Shown here: positions 1-8,333 of the stretch, one piece after another | How the letters are laid out: the number at the start of each line of letters is the position of its first letter | Numbering within the stretch: the first letter of the stretch is position 1 | Source: Oscillospiraceae bacterium | GTDB taxonomy: Bacteria > Bacillota > Clostridia > Oscillospirales > Ruminococcaceae | Assembly (NCBI GenBank): GCA_045532595.1 | Contig: JAZSGG010000008.1 | Span: 969-64,968, forward strand | Direction of reading: 5' to 3' | Length of the DNA: 64,000 nt | Translations under genes and position numbers: made by a program | The notes under the pieces: generated by a model | Database searches by the model: none | Told to the model about the DNA's origin: nothing | The model's input: the letters and a program-made list of their open reading frames with translations, nothing else

Positions 1-888
1 TACCACACATTAAGCTATCACAACAGACACACCTACGGCTGCAAGGTGCACAAGGCTGCAATAGACGCAGGCTTCACCTGCCCGAACATCGACGGCAGTA
101 AGGGTGTGGGCGGCTGCATCTACTGCAGCGGCGGCAGCGGATACTTCACCGGGGACAGCACCGTTTCGTTGACTGAGCAGTTTAAGGCAGAAGAACAGCG
201 CATACGGGCGAAATATCCCGATGCGCTGATAACTGCTTATTTTCAGGCACACACGAACACTTATGCGCCTGCAGAAAAGTTGGAAGCACTTTATCGGGAA
301 GCAATAGCCGCTGGGGCAGATAGTCTTGCCATAGCAACAAGAGCGGATTGCATCAACGAGAGTAAAGTACAGCTGCTTAGTTCACTGGGCGTTCCTGTGA
401 CGGTGGAGTTGGGTCTGCAGACCATCCACGACAGCACTGCGGCGCTCATAAACCGCTGCCACACCACAGCAGAATTCACAAGCGGTTATCAGCTGCTTAA
501 AGAACATGGGATAAGGGTCTGTGTGCATATCATAAACGGACTTCCGAATGAAGACATCCCTATGATGCTGCGAACAGCGGAAGCACTGGGAAAGCTAAGA
601 CCCGATGGCGTTAAGATACACCTCATGCACGTTATCAAGGGAACTGCACTTGCTGATATGTACGATTCAGGTAAATATACCCCCATGACAAAGGATGATT
701 ATATTGAAACCGTAATAAAACAGCTGGAGCTTATACCACCCGAAACTGTAATCGAAAGGATAACAGGCGACGGCGACAAACGCACCCTGCTTGCACCGCT
801 ATGGAGCATGGATAAGATCTCAGTTCTCGGCGGTATCGACAAACGTATGGCCGAGCTTGATACATGGCAAGGCAGATCATTTAAATGA
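1..888 (+). CDS. TIGR01212 (YhcC/YtqA-like) radical SAM protein, 5'-truncated by the window edge
   Basis: Frame is open from base 1 (YHTLSYHNRHTYGCKVHKAAIDAGFTCPNIDG...GGCIYC); family CPNxDG..GGCxxC cluster motif and YFQAHTNTY, ELGLQT motifs. Confidence 0.9.
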   Translation, partial: YHTLSYHNRHTYGCKVHKAAIDAGFTCPNIDGSKGVGGCIYCSGGSGYFTGDSTVSLTEQFKAEEQRIRAKYPDALITAYFQAHTNTYAPAEKLEALYREAIAAGADSLAIATRADCINESKVQLLSSLGVPVTVELGLQTIHDSTAALINRCHTTAEFTSGYQLLKEHGIRVCVHIINGLPNEDIPMMLRTAEALGKLRPDGVKIHLMHVIKGTALADMYDSGKYTPMTKDDYIETVIKQLELIPPETVIERITGDGDKRTLLAPLWSMDKISVLGGIDKRMAELDTWQGRSFK

Positions 889-902
889 GAGGAGATGGCT
901 TC

Positions 903-2234
903 ATGCTTCAGAGTCTTGACCGCAGCGGCGGCAGCCTGTATATGCAGATATACAGTGATATACGGCGTGATATTCTGTTTGGTCGGCTCACCGAGGGCGA
1001 GAAGCTGCCTTCCAAAAGAGAACTTGCCGAGCGGCTGAGAGTAAGTCTCATCACCGTGGAAAATGCTTATGCTCAGCTTATTGCAGAAGGCTATATCCGT
1101 GCTGTAGAACGAAGCGGATATTATGTACAGTTCAGCGGTATGCCGATAACACCGCCGCAGGCTGACGTTCCCACGCATGCAGAGAGTCGCCGAGATACTC
1201 AAGATGACAGTTCTGCCTGCAACAGCCTGTTTCCGTTCAATGTATGGGCAAGGCTGATGCGCAGCGTTATCATGGACAAGGGAGAAAAGCTGCTGCTCCC
1301 ATCCGACAGCCGCGGTGTTTATGAGCTTCGGGAGGAGATTGCAAGATACCTGTATCGCTCGAGGGGTATATCTGTATCACCAAAGCAGATAATCATCGGC
1401 GCAGGCGCAGAATATCTCTACAACATGCTTATTCAGCTGCTCGGAAAAGAACGCAGATATGCGGCGGAGGATCCCTGCTATACCAAGCTTTCAAAGATAT
1501 ATGATCTTAATGGCGTCAAATGGGTGCCTGTCAATCTTGATAAACAGGGCATGTCATGCAGAGAGCTTTATCTGAACAACATTTCAGTGGCGCATATCTC
1601 CCCTGCGCACCACTTCCCTACAGGAATCGTAATGCCCATCTCCCGCCGCAGAGAGATCATGAAATGGGCCGAGGAAACACCTGACCGATACATCATTGAG
1701 GACGACTACGACAGCGAATTCCGCTGGAGCGGCAAGCCTGTGCCGACAATGTTCGGCATGGACACTGCGGGACGTGTGATCTACATAAACACATTTTCCG
1801 TGACTATCGCCCCATCGGTGCGTATAGGATATATGTGTCTGCCTGAGGAGCTTTGTGATATTTGGGAAGAGAAGCTATCCTTCTGCTCCTGTCCTGTTCC
1901 TGTTTTTGAGCAATACACGCTGGCGAGATTCATCTCAGGCGGAAGCTTCGAACGGCACATAAGTCGCATGAAAAAGCACTATCGCCGTGTGCGTGAGCTT
2001 GTGCTGGAGCTTTTCGACAGGGCTGACTGCCATATTACCGAGGAAAAGGCAGGACTGCATTTTCTTGTCAGCACAAACGAAGCAGATGCCATAGCAGAAA
2101 TATGCAGCAGCTGCGGAATACGCTTCACCGCTCTCAGCAAATACAGCAGCAAGCCTGTGGACGATCACACATTTGTAGTAAACTATCTGAGTGCGGATGT
2201 GAAAACGCTTGAAAAAACTCTTAACAAAAGTTAA
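903..2234 (+). CDS. MocR/GabR-family regulator (GntR wHTH plus aminotransferase-like domain)
   Basis: LYMQIY...GEKLPSKRELA...VSLITVENAYAQLIAEGYI HTH; IIEDDYDSEFR; start placed at ATG 903 after GAGGAG. Confidence 0.9.
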   Translation: MLQSLDRSGGSLYMQIYSDIRRDILFGRLTEGEKLPSKRELAERLRVSLITVENAYAQLIAEGYIRAVERSGYYVQFSGMPITPPQADVPTHAESRRDTQDDSSACNSLFPFNVWARLMRSVIMDKGEKLLLPSDSRGVYELREEIARYLYRSRGISVSPKQIIIGAGAEYLYNMLIQLLGKERRYAAEDPCYTKLSKIYDLNGVKWVPVNLDKQGMSCRELYLNNISVAHISPAHHFPTGIVMPISRRREIMKWAEETPDRYIIEDDYDSEFRWSGKPVPTMFGMDTAGRVIYINTFSVTIAPSVRIGYMCLPEELCDIWEEKLSFCSCPVPVFEQYTLARFISGGSFERHISRMKKHYRRVRELVLELFDRADCHITEEKAGLHFLVSTNEADAIAEICSSCGIRFTALSKYSSKPVDDHTFVVNYLSADVKTLEKTLNKS

Positions 2235-2248
2235 ACTGAATACAGAAA

Positions 2249-2273
2249 AGCCGCTTCCTTTCGGGAAGCGGCT
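2249..2273. terminator. Bidirectional hairpin terminator between convergent genes
   Basis: AGCCGCTTCC-tttcg-GGAAGCGGCT, 10-bp stem. Confidence 0.7.
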
Positions 2274-2277
2274 ACTA

Positions 2278-4959
2278 CTATTTTCTGATAAACTCCTGTT
2301 TGATCTCAGGAGCGATCTCTGCAATAGGCTCAGGAGCGGGACGTCCTGTATAATAACCCTGAACATAATCAACGCCGAAATCCAGCACAGTTTTAAGTTC
2401 AGCAGCAGTCTCAACGCCCTCCGCAAGCACCTTAATGTTGTTCAGGCGTGCGAAATCAATCGTGCTGTGAACAAACATCTGCTTGTTGACATCCTTATCA
2501 ATATCCTGAATAAGGAAACGGTCGATCTTGATTATCTGTGGCTTATAGCGCATGAGATTTACGATATTGGAATGACCTGCACCGTAATCGTCAATGGCTA
2601 TATCGTTATTGCCATTCACATTGCCGACACTCTTGATAGCAGCAAGCTCTTCGTCAGATACACTGTTCTGCTCGGTAATCTCGAACACAACGTTCTTCAT
2701 CAGACCACCATAACGTTTTACCAGAAGTGCATTATCCTCATCGTTCAGAATGTATCCCGGAATGGAGTTAATAAATACTCTTCTGCCACGGAAGCTTTCC
2801 TGTTCATTCGCATAACGCTCCATAACGTTGAACACAGTTGCCTTTTCAACATCATAAAGACGCTTGTACGCCTGAGCGATCTCAAGCACCTGGAACGGAT
2901 TCATGCCAATGAGCGGATCGGTACGCATGAGAGCCTCATAAGCGTAGATATCACCCGTCTTTGCATCAACGATAGGCTGGAAATGATAGCTGAACATGTT
3001 CTTATCGATCAGAGTGCGGAATGCGCCATAGTTCTCAACAGGAGCCACCTTATCCTTCTGCACCTCGATGATTCCCATCTTGAGGCGGTTCATGTACATC
3101 TCACCGTTTGCAAGAGCAATAAAGCCTGCAAGTGTACCCTCCCATTCGGGATTAACAACAGTACAACCGCAATTCACTTCAATGAAATATTCCTTGCCGC
3201 AGCTGTCGTTATATTTACCCTGCTCCTCAAAGAAGCATGCAGTTGCAGCGTTGATCGTATCGCCTATCTCATCACTGGAATCATAGTAGTTGACAACGAT
3301 GAAATCCTCCTGAGAAATATGTGCGATCATGCAATTCTTGCGATTTGCCATCTTAAGCATTCTTGCAATATTCTTCAGAGCCTCATCCACATCCTTGATA
3401 CCGTAATTCTCATAGATGAAGCGATAATTCGGCAGACCGTAGATCGAAACAGAAAGATACTTCTTCCTGTTATCAGGATCATTATTGAATTCATCAAACC
3501 ACTTTGTCAGGCCCTTAAGATTAGGAAGACCCGTATACTGGTTGATAAGCGTAGCATTCTCAACATCACGCCTGAGAGCATTCTGACGCATAGTTTTCAA
3601 AGTGCAAGTGAACGAGATATTGAGTATCTTACACAGGCGGTTTATCTGCTGAGCAGACATATCTATCTCATCTGTCTTTACTGCGTAGTAACCGCATGCC
3701 TCCGCACCTGCATATATTCCTGTGAACACATACATCTTGTCATCGCTCTCCGCCCATTCACGAAGGTTCGGAGCAACATCCACATAATCAAACTTCTGGA
3801 ACATCTCGATGCCGTCATCATATTTCTGAGAGGATATTGCACACATCTTATCCGTAGCAGAAAGCTTGACATCATTATAAAGATAATCATTATCTTCAAA
3901 AAGTGAAGCCTTCACACATACTGACGAGCATGCCAGTATACAATTATGTGTAAAATCACTGAGCGTCATAAAATCCGCACAGTCGATCATCCTGTCTATC
4001 CATGTGTACATGTACATCTCGTGGCTGTTGGAACTCTGCATGATATTGTATAGATCAGCAGCGTCCTTCGTGATGGATGTGTCAGAAACCTTACAGCCGC
4101 AGGAGCAGGCTATAAGCGGAGTATATGTCTCGGTGAACACACCACAGGAGATAGTACCGATCAGAGAGCCTTCTACCAGTTCCATGCAAAGGCTTACAAG
4201 CTGATCCACATCCTCAAGGCATGTGGTAAGGCGAGGATTATAATACCTCGCATCAGGCATACCATCAAAGCCTGTTACCACAACATCATCGGGAACTGTA
4301 TAACCCCTGACACGCAATTCCTCGCATACGGCGATCGCCATGCTGTCATTAGCACAGAATATCGCCTGCGGCGGTTTCTTTCCACCTGCCAGCAGCTTAT
4401 TGAGTGCAGCTATGGTGGGAAGATCCCAGAACTGACCATAATCCACCTGCTTTGACTTTTCAAAAGGAAGGCCATGCTTTTCAAGCACTCGACGATAGCA
4501 ATCAATTCGATCCTCGGACTGAGGATCACCCTCTATACCTGAGATATAGAAGCTGTCTGTTACATTATGCTCTGTGATAACATGATCGATCACACGCATA
4601 TATGCATCGGTATAATCCTTGATGACAGAATAACAGCCTTCAACCTCTCTGTCCACAACGATGACAGGGATATTTCTGCTGCGTGCACCCTCGATAATAC
4701 CATAGAATATCTCGTCATTGAAGAAATGACGGGAAAAGATAATAAGAGCATCAATAATATCATAATTTATAAGATCATAAACTAATTTTGCGCCGCATTC
4801 ACAATCCTTGGGCTTGTAAAAATCCACTACGCTGTTGAACACCATTACCTTGGTATCAGTGTTTCTGGCAGAATCAAAAAGCTTCTGAACAAATTCAGCG
4901 CGGGCGCGTTCATGAATCTTGGTGACACATACGCCTATAACACGTTTTCCGCCTAACAT
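2278..4959 (-). CDS. LacI-type sugar-binding domain + degenerate GGDEF + EAL c-di-GMP phosphodiesterase
   Basis: N-terminal PQAIFCANDSMAIAV...VPDDVVVTGFDG; GGDEF position reads ISQEDF; EAL motifs YEALMR, FEITE, IDDYGAGHS, IKIDR, AEGVE, QGYY. Confidence 0.88.
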   Translation of the reverse strand: MLGGKRVIGVCVTKIHERARAEFVQKLFDSARNTDTKVMVFNSVVDFYKPKDCECGAKLVYDLINYDIIDALIIFSRHFFNDEIFYGIIEGARSRNIPVIVVDREVEGCYSVIKDYTDAYMRVIDHVITEHNVTDSFYISGIEGDPQSEDRIDCYRRVLEKHGLPFEKSKQVDYGQFWDLPTIAALNKLLAGGKKPPQAIFCANDSMAIAVCEELRVRGYTVPDDVVVTGFDGMPDARYYNPRLTTCLEDVDQLVSLCMELVEGSLIGTISCGVFTETYTPLIACSCGCKVSDTSITKDAADLYNIMQSSNSHEMYMYTWIDRMIDCADFMTLSDFTHNCILACSSVCVKASLFEDNDYLYNDVKLSATDKMCAISSQKYDDGIEMFQKFDYVDVAPNLREWAESDDKMYVFTGIYAGAEACGYYAVKTDEIDMSAQQINRLCKILNISFTCTLKTMRQNALRRDVENATLINQYTGLPNLKGLTKWFDEFNNDPDNRKKYLSVSIYGLPNYRFIYENYGIKDVDEALKNIARMLKMANRKNCMIAHISQEDFIVVNYYDSSDEIGDTINAATACFFEEQGKYNDSCGKEYFIEVNCGCTVVNPEWEGTLAGFIALANGEMYMNRLKMGIIEVQKDKVAPVENYGAFRTLIDKNMFSYHFQPIVDAKTGDIYAYEALMRTDPLIGMNPFQVLEIAQAYKRLYDVEKATVFNVMERYANEQESFRGRRVFINSIPGYILNDEDNALLVKRYGGLMKNVVFEITEQNSVSDEELAAIKSVGNVNGNNDIAIDDYGAGHSNIVNLMRYKPQIIKIDRFLIQDIDKDVNKQMFVHSTIDFARLNNIKVLAEGVETAAELKTVLDFGVDYVQGYYTGRPAPEPIAEIAPEIKQEFIRK

Positions 4960-4996
4960 ACAAGCACTCCTCTCCTGATTTTATATGTATAGGTTA

Positions 4997-5025
4997 ATTG
5001 TATCATAACAATGCATATTTGTCAA
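4997..5025 (-). promoter_or_regulatory. SigA promoter of the EAL gene
   Basis: TTGACA-17 nt-TACAAT on the minus strand. Confidence 0.75.
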
Positions 5026-5104
5026 TTATCTTTTGGATGTCAGATGTATTTTTGTGTAAAATCACCATAATTTTCTGCAGTATTTTCAAACATGTGTTTT
5101 ACGC

Positions 5105-5133
5105 TTGACAAATTTGTCAAAAAGTATTATAAT
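5105..5133 (+). promoter_or_regulatory. Consensus SigA promoter of the TM1266-ABC operon, with a palindrome over the -35
   Basis: TTGACA(5105-5110)-17 nt-TATAAT(5128-5133); perfect palindrome TTGACAAATTTGTCAA at 5105-5120. Confidence 0.85.
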
Positions 5134-5139
5134 AAGTTT

Positions 5140-5326
5140 GTGAATTAAAAGACAAACTCCCCTGACGCTGAAAGCTTACTGACGGCAAAGCGGAGCTGTC
5201 CGTTCACAGACCTTTTTCTGACGCTGAAACCTATCTTGAAGCGAAAGACACGATGCAACTCTGAATATCTCATGATATCTGCGCCTTTGAGTGTTTTTCG
5301 TCCTAAAAACCTCAGGGCGTTTTTTG
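5140..5326 (+). ncRNA. Candidate cis-regulatory leader RNA (tandem modules plus terminator/antiterminator), class unrecognised
   Basis: Two CTGACGCTGAAA-N-AAGCG modules; intrinsic terminator 5282-5325; competing helix 5241-5251:5291-5301. Confidence 0.65.
5282..5325 (+). terminator. Intrinsic terminator (attenuator) upstream of the first gene
   Basis: CGCCTTTGAGTGTTTTT-cgtcct-AAAAACCTCAGGGCG followed by TTTTTT. Confidence 0.8.
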
Positions 5327-5350
5327 ATATTACTTGAAGGAGCAACTGCT

Positions 5351-5602
5351 ATGGAAGAACTGACCCGTGTCGCAATAATTGCAATGATAATCGAGAATGA
5401 CTCCAGTATCACAACGATCAATGAGCTGCTGCACGAATACAGCCGCTACATCATCGGAAGGATGGGTATCCCCTATCGTGAGAAATCACTCAACATCATC
5501 AATGTGGTGATGGATGCTCCCGCAGATTACATATCCGCTCTTTCAGGCAAGCTTGGCAGGCTGGAAGGCGTCACAGCAAAGGCAGTATATAAAAAGCAGT
5601 GA
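5351..5602 (+). CDS. TM1266-family (iron-only hydrogenase system putative regulator, ACT-like) protein
   Basis: INELLHEYSRYIIGRMGIPYREKSLNIINVVMDAP...ISALSGKLGRLEGVTAK; SD GAAGGAG before ATG 5351. Confidence 0.85.
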   Translation: MEELTRVAIIAMIIENDSSITTINELLHEYSRYIIGRMGIPYREKSLNIINVVMDAPADYISALSGKLGRLEGVTAKAVYKKQ

Positions 5603-5631
5603 TTACACTGCAAAAGAAAGGAACAGAAAAA

Positions 5632-6774
5632 ATGAAGATGATGAGAACATTCAAGAGCGCTGTTGCAGCTCTGCTTTGCGCTGCACTGCTGACAGGCTGC
5701 GCAGGCAACAGCACAAGCTCCGACACCGCTGCAACAAATGAAGCTTCCACCGTTGCTACCACTGAAGCATCCACAGCAGAGGCTGAGGATACGGCTACAG
5801 CAGAAGCTGCTGTTACCGTTGAAGACATCGTAAGCACTGAAGCTCCCGAGACTGCTGACACAGAAACTGTTGATACCGAGATCTCCTATCCCGAAAGCAT
5901 CAACGTACTTGCTATGAAGGGTCCCACTGCTATGGGCATGACTCAGCTGATGGACGAGGACGAGACAAAGGGCTATCCCTATGAGTTCTCCATCACCGCA
6001 GCTGTTGACGAGATCGCACCCACAGTCATCAAGGGTGAGGCTGATATCATCTGCGTACCTGCTAACCTTGCATCCGTACTCTACAACAAGACCGAGGGCG
6101 GCGTAAAGGTCCTGGCTATCAACACACTTGGTATCCTCTACATCTGCGAGAACGGCTCCACTGTTACATCCATGGAAGATCTCAAGGGCAAGACCATCTA
6201 CGCAAGCGGCAAGGGTGCTACTCCTGAGTATGCTCTGAACTATATTCTCCAGCAGAACGGTATCGACCCCACTAAGGATGTAACAATCGAGTGGAAATCC
6301 GAGCATTCCGAGTGCCTTGCAGCTCTTACAGCTAACGAGGGCAGCGTTGCACTTCTCCCCCAGCCTTTCGTTACAACAGCACAGATGAAGACCGAGGGCA
6401 TCAACGTAGTTATCAACATCACCGAGGAGTGGGAAAAGCTTGACAACGGCTCCGCATGCCTTACCGGTGCAGTTATCGCAAGAACAGCATTTATCGAGGA
6501 GTATCCCGAGGTAGTTGCAGAGTTCATGGAGAGATACGCTGAATCCGTTGAGTTCGTTACAACAAATGTTGCAGAGGGCGCTCAGCTTGTTGGCAAGTAC
6601 GATATCGTTCCCGCAGCAGTGGCTGAAAAGGCAATCCCCGAGTGCAATATCGTATGCATCACAGGCGATGAGATGAAGGAGAAGATGGCAGGCTACCTCA
6701 ACGTTCTTTTCGAGCAGGTAGCAACATCCGTTGGCGGCAAACTTCCCGCAGACGACTTCTACTACATGGGTTGA
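5632..6774 (+). CDS. NitT/TauT-type ABC substrate-binding lipoprotein
   Basis: Lipobox LLTGC, Thr/Ala/Glu-rich linker, KGPTAMG, GKGATPEY motifs; SD GAAAGGA. Confidence 0.85.
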   Translation: MKMMRTFKSAVAALLCAALLTGCAGNSTSSDTAATNEASTVATTEASTAEAEDTATAEAAVTVEDIVSTEAPETADTETVDTEISYPESINVLAMKGPTAMGMTQLMDEDETKGYPYEFSITAAVDEIAPTVIKGEADIICVPANLASVLYNKTEGGVKVLAINTLGILYICENGSTVTSMEDLKGKTIYASGKGATPEYALNYILQQNGIDPTKDVTIEWKSEHSECLAALTANEGSVALLPQPFVTTAQMKTEGINVVINITEEWEKLDNGSACLTGAVIARTAFIEEYPEVVAEFMERYAESVEFVTTNVAEGAQLVGKYDIVPAAVAEKAIPECNIVCITGDEMKEKMAGYLNVLFEQVATSVGGKLPADDFYYMG

Positions 6775-6805
6775 TAAAACCAACTAAACAAAACAGATAG
6801 AACAG

Positions 6806-6836
6806 GTAGCGGGCGGCATATTGTCGCCCACTAACC
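6806..6836 (+). other. Intercistronic stem-loop after the binding-protein gene (probable mRNA stabiliser)
   Basis: GGGCGGCA-tat-TGTCGCCC, no U-tract. Confidence 0.5.
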
Positions 6837-6860
6837 ATATCTTAACAAGGAGGAAAAAGC

Positions 6861-7637
6861 ATGAAAAACGGCAGACTCAAAAAGAATCTCATCTCAGCTG
6901 CATGCGTTGCATTCTGGCTTATCGTCTGGCAGATAGCCGCAATGCTGTTATCAATGAAGATCAAGAATCTGCACGTTCTGCTGGCTTCTCCGACAGAGGT
7001 CGCTGTGCGGCTGTGGGAGCTTATTCAGACGGCAGATTTTCTGAAAAGCCTGATGTTCTCGCTTGTAAGGATACTCGGCGGCTTCTTCATAGGTCTTGCG
7101 ATAGGAACAGGACTGGCTGCGCTTTCGGGCAAGATCATGTTCTTCCGCAGACTGTTTGCGCCGCTCATATCTGCCGTTAAATCCATACCCGTGGCAAGCT
7201 TTACAATTCTTGCTCTGATGTGGATAAGCTCCAAAAATCTTTCGGTGCTGATATCTGTGCTTATTGCAATACCCATAGTTTACTCCAATATGCTTGAGGG
7301 CATAGACAGCCTTGATCCAAAGCTGAAAACAATGGCGGATATCTTCCGCATACCTGCTGGAAAGCGGTTTATCGGCGTGTATCTTTCTCAGCTGCTGCCT
7401 TATTTCAGATCTGCATGCAGGCTTGCAATGGGTCTTTGCTGGAAAAGCGGAATCGCTGCTGAAGTTATCGGCATGCCTGATGGTTCTATCGGCGAAAAGC
7501 TGTTCATGTCAAAGGTTTATCTTGAAACAGCAGATCTTTTCGCATGGACGCTGATAATAATCCTGCTCAGCTTCGTGTGCGAGAAGCTGTTCATGGCTCT
7601 GGTGGACTTCATCGTCCGCCGTGTGGAACGCATGTAA
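6861..7637 (+). CDS. NitT/TauT ABC permease
   Basis: Hydrophobic; SIPVASF, EAA-like loop, WKSGIAAEVIG. Confidence 0.88.
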   Translation: MKNGRLKKNLISAACVAFWLIVWQIAAMLLSMKIKNLHVLLASPTEVAVRLWELIQTADFLKSLMFSLVRILGGFFIGLAIGTGLAALSGKIMFFRRLFAPLISAVKSIPVASFTILALMWISSKNLSVLISVLIAIPIVYSNMLEGIDSLDPKLKTMADIFRIPAGKRFIGVYLSQLLPYFRSACRLAMGLCWKSGIAAEVIGMPDGSIGEKLFMSKVYLETADLFAWTLIIILLSFVCEKLFMALVDFIVRRVERM

Positions 7638-7648
7638 GGAGGGAGAAT

Positions 7649-8221
7649 ATGACGCTTATCGCTAATAACATCTGCAAAAGCTTCGGCGAAAAAAAGGTGC
7701 TTCAGGATCTCTCTTATAAGTTCCCCGACGGTAGCTTCACCGCTGTGATGGGACCCTCGGGCTGCGGTAAATCAACACTGCTTGCAATATTGATGGGTAC
7801 GCTTTCTCCCGACAGCGGCAACATAGAACCTGACACCGAATACAGAAAGAGTGCTGTGTTTCAGGAAAACAGGCTGTGCGAAAACCTCACGGCCGGAGCA
7901 AATATCCGACTTGTTACGGGAAAACGCTTTTCCCCTGCGGAGATAGAAAAAGAACTTGCTGCACTTGGACTTCAGGATTGCCTGAATACTCCCGTAAAGC
8001 AGCTGAGCGGCGGCATGAAACGGCGTGTAGCTCTGCTGAGAGCTTTATTGGCAGAATACGATGTGTTGTTTCTTGACGAGCCGTTCAAGGGTCTTGACGA
8101 GGTAACAAAGGCGCTTGTTATCGAGCGAGTCAAAGAAAAGACCGCAGGCAGAACGGTGATCATGGTAACACATGACGCCGAGGAATGCAATGCTCTTGCA
8201 CAGAACGTAATTAAAATGTAA
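7649..8221 (+). CDS. ABC ATP-binding protein (NitT/TauT)
   Basis: GPSGCGKST, LSGGMKRR, LFLDEPF; SD GGAGGG before ATG 7649. Confidence 0.9.
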   Translation: MTLIANNICKSFGEKKVLQDLSYKFPDGSFTAVMGPSGCGKSTLLAILMGTLSPDSGNIEPDTEYRKSAVFQENRLCENLTAGANIRLVTGKRFSPAEIEKELAALGLQDCLNTPVKQLSGGMKRRVALLRALLAEYDVLFLDEPFKGLDEVTKALVIERVKEKTAGRTVIMVTHDAEECNALAQNVIKM

Positions 8222-8227
8222 TATCAG

Positions 8228-8252
8228 AAAAGGCGGAGGATATCCGCCTTTT
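8228..8252 (+). terminator. Intrinsic terminator of the ABC operon
   Basis: AAAAGGCGGA-ggata-TCCGCCTTTT. Confidence 0.8.
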
Positions 8253-8333
8253 AATTATGCTGAAATATCATATTCTGCATATATTCGCCTTTTCGGGAAA
8301 ATATAGTACCGACTGAATATGTCAAGGAGGAAT

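Noticed and set aside
2209-3906. 565-aa ORF on the plus strand
   Set aside because: Antisense shadow of the EAL gene; no family motifs or SD
5140-5326. Known riboswitch classes, T-box, hammerhead or RNase P fragment
   Set aside because: No UGGNACC T-box bulge, no CUGAGA/AUACC TPP core, CUGACGC is not the CUGANGA hammerhead core, and no GAGGAAAGUCC; kept only as an unclassified candidate
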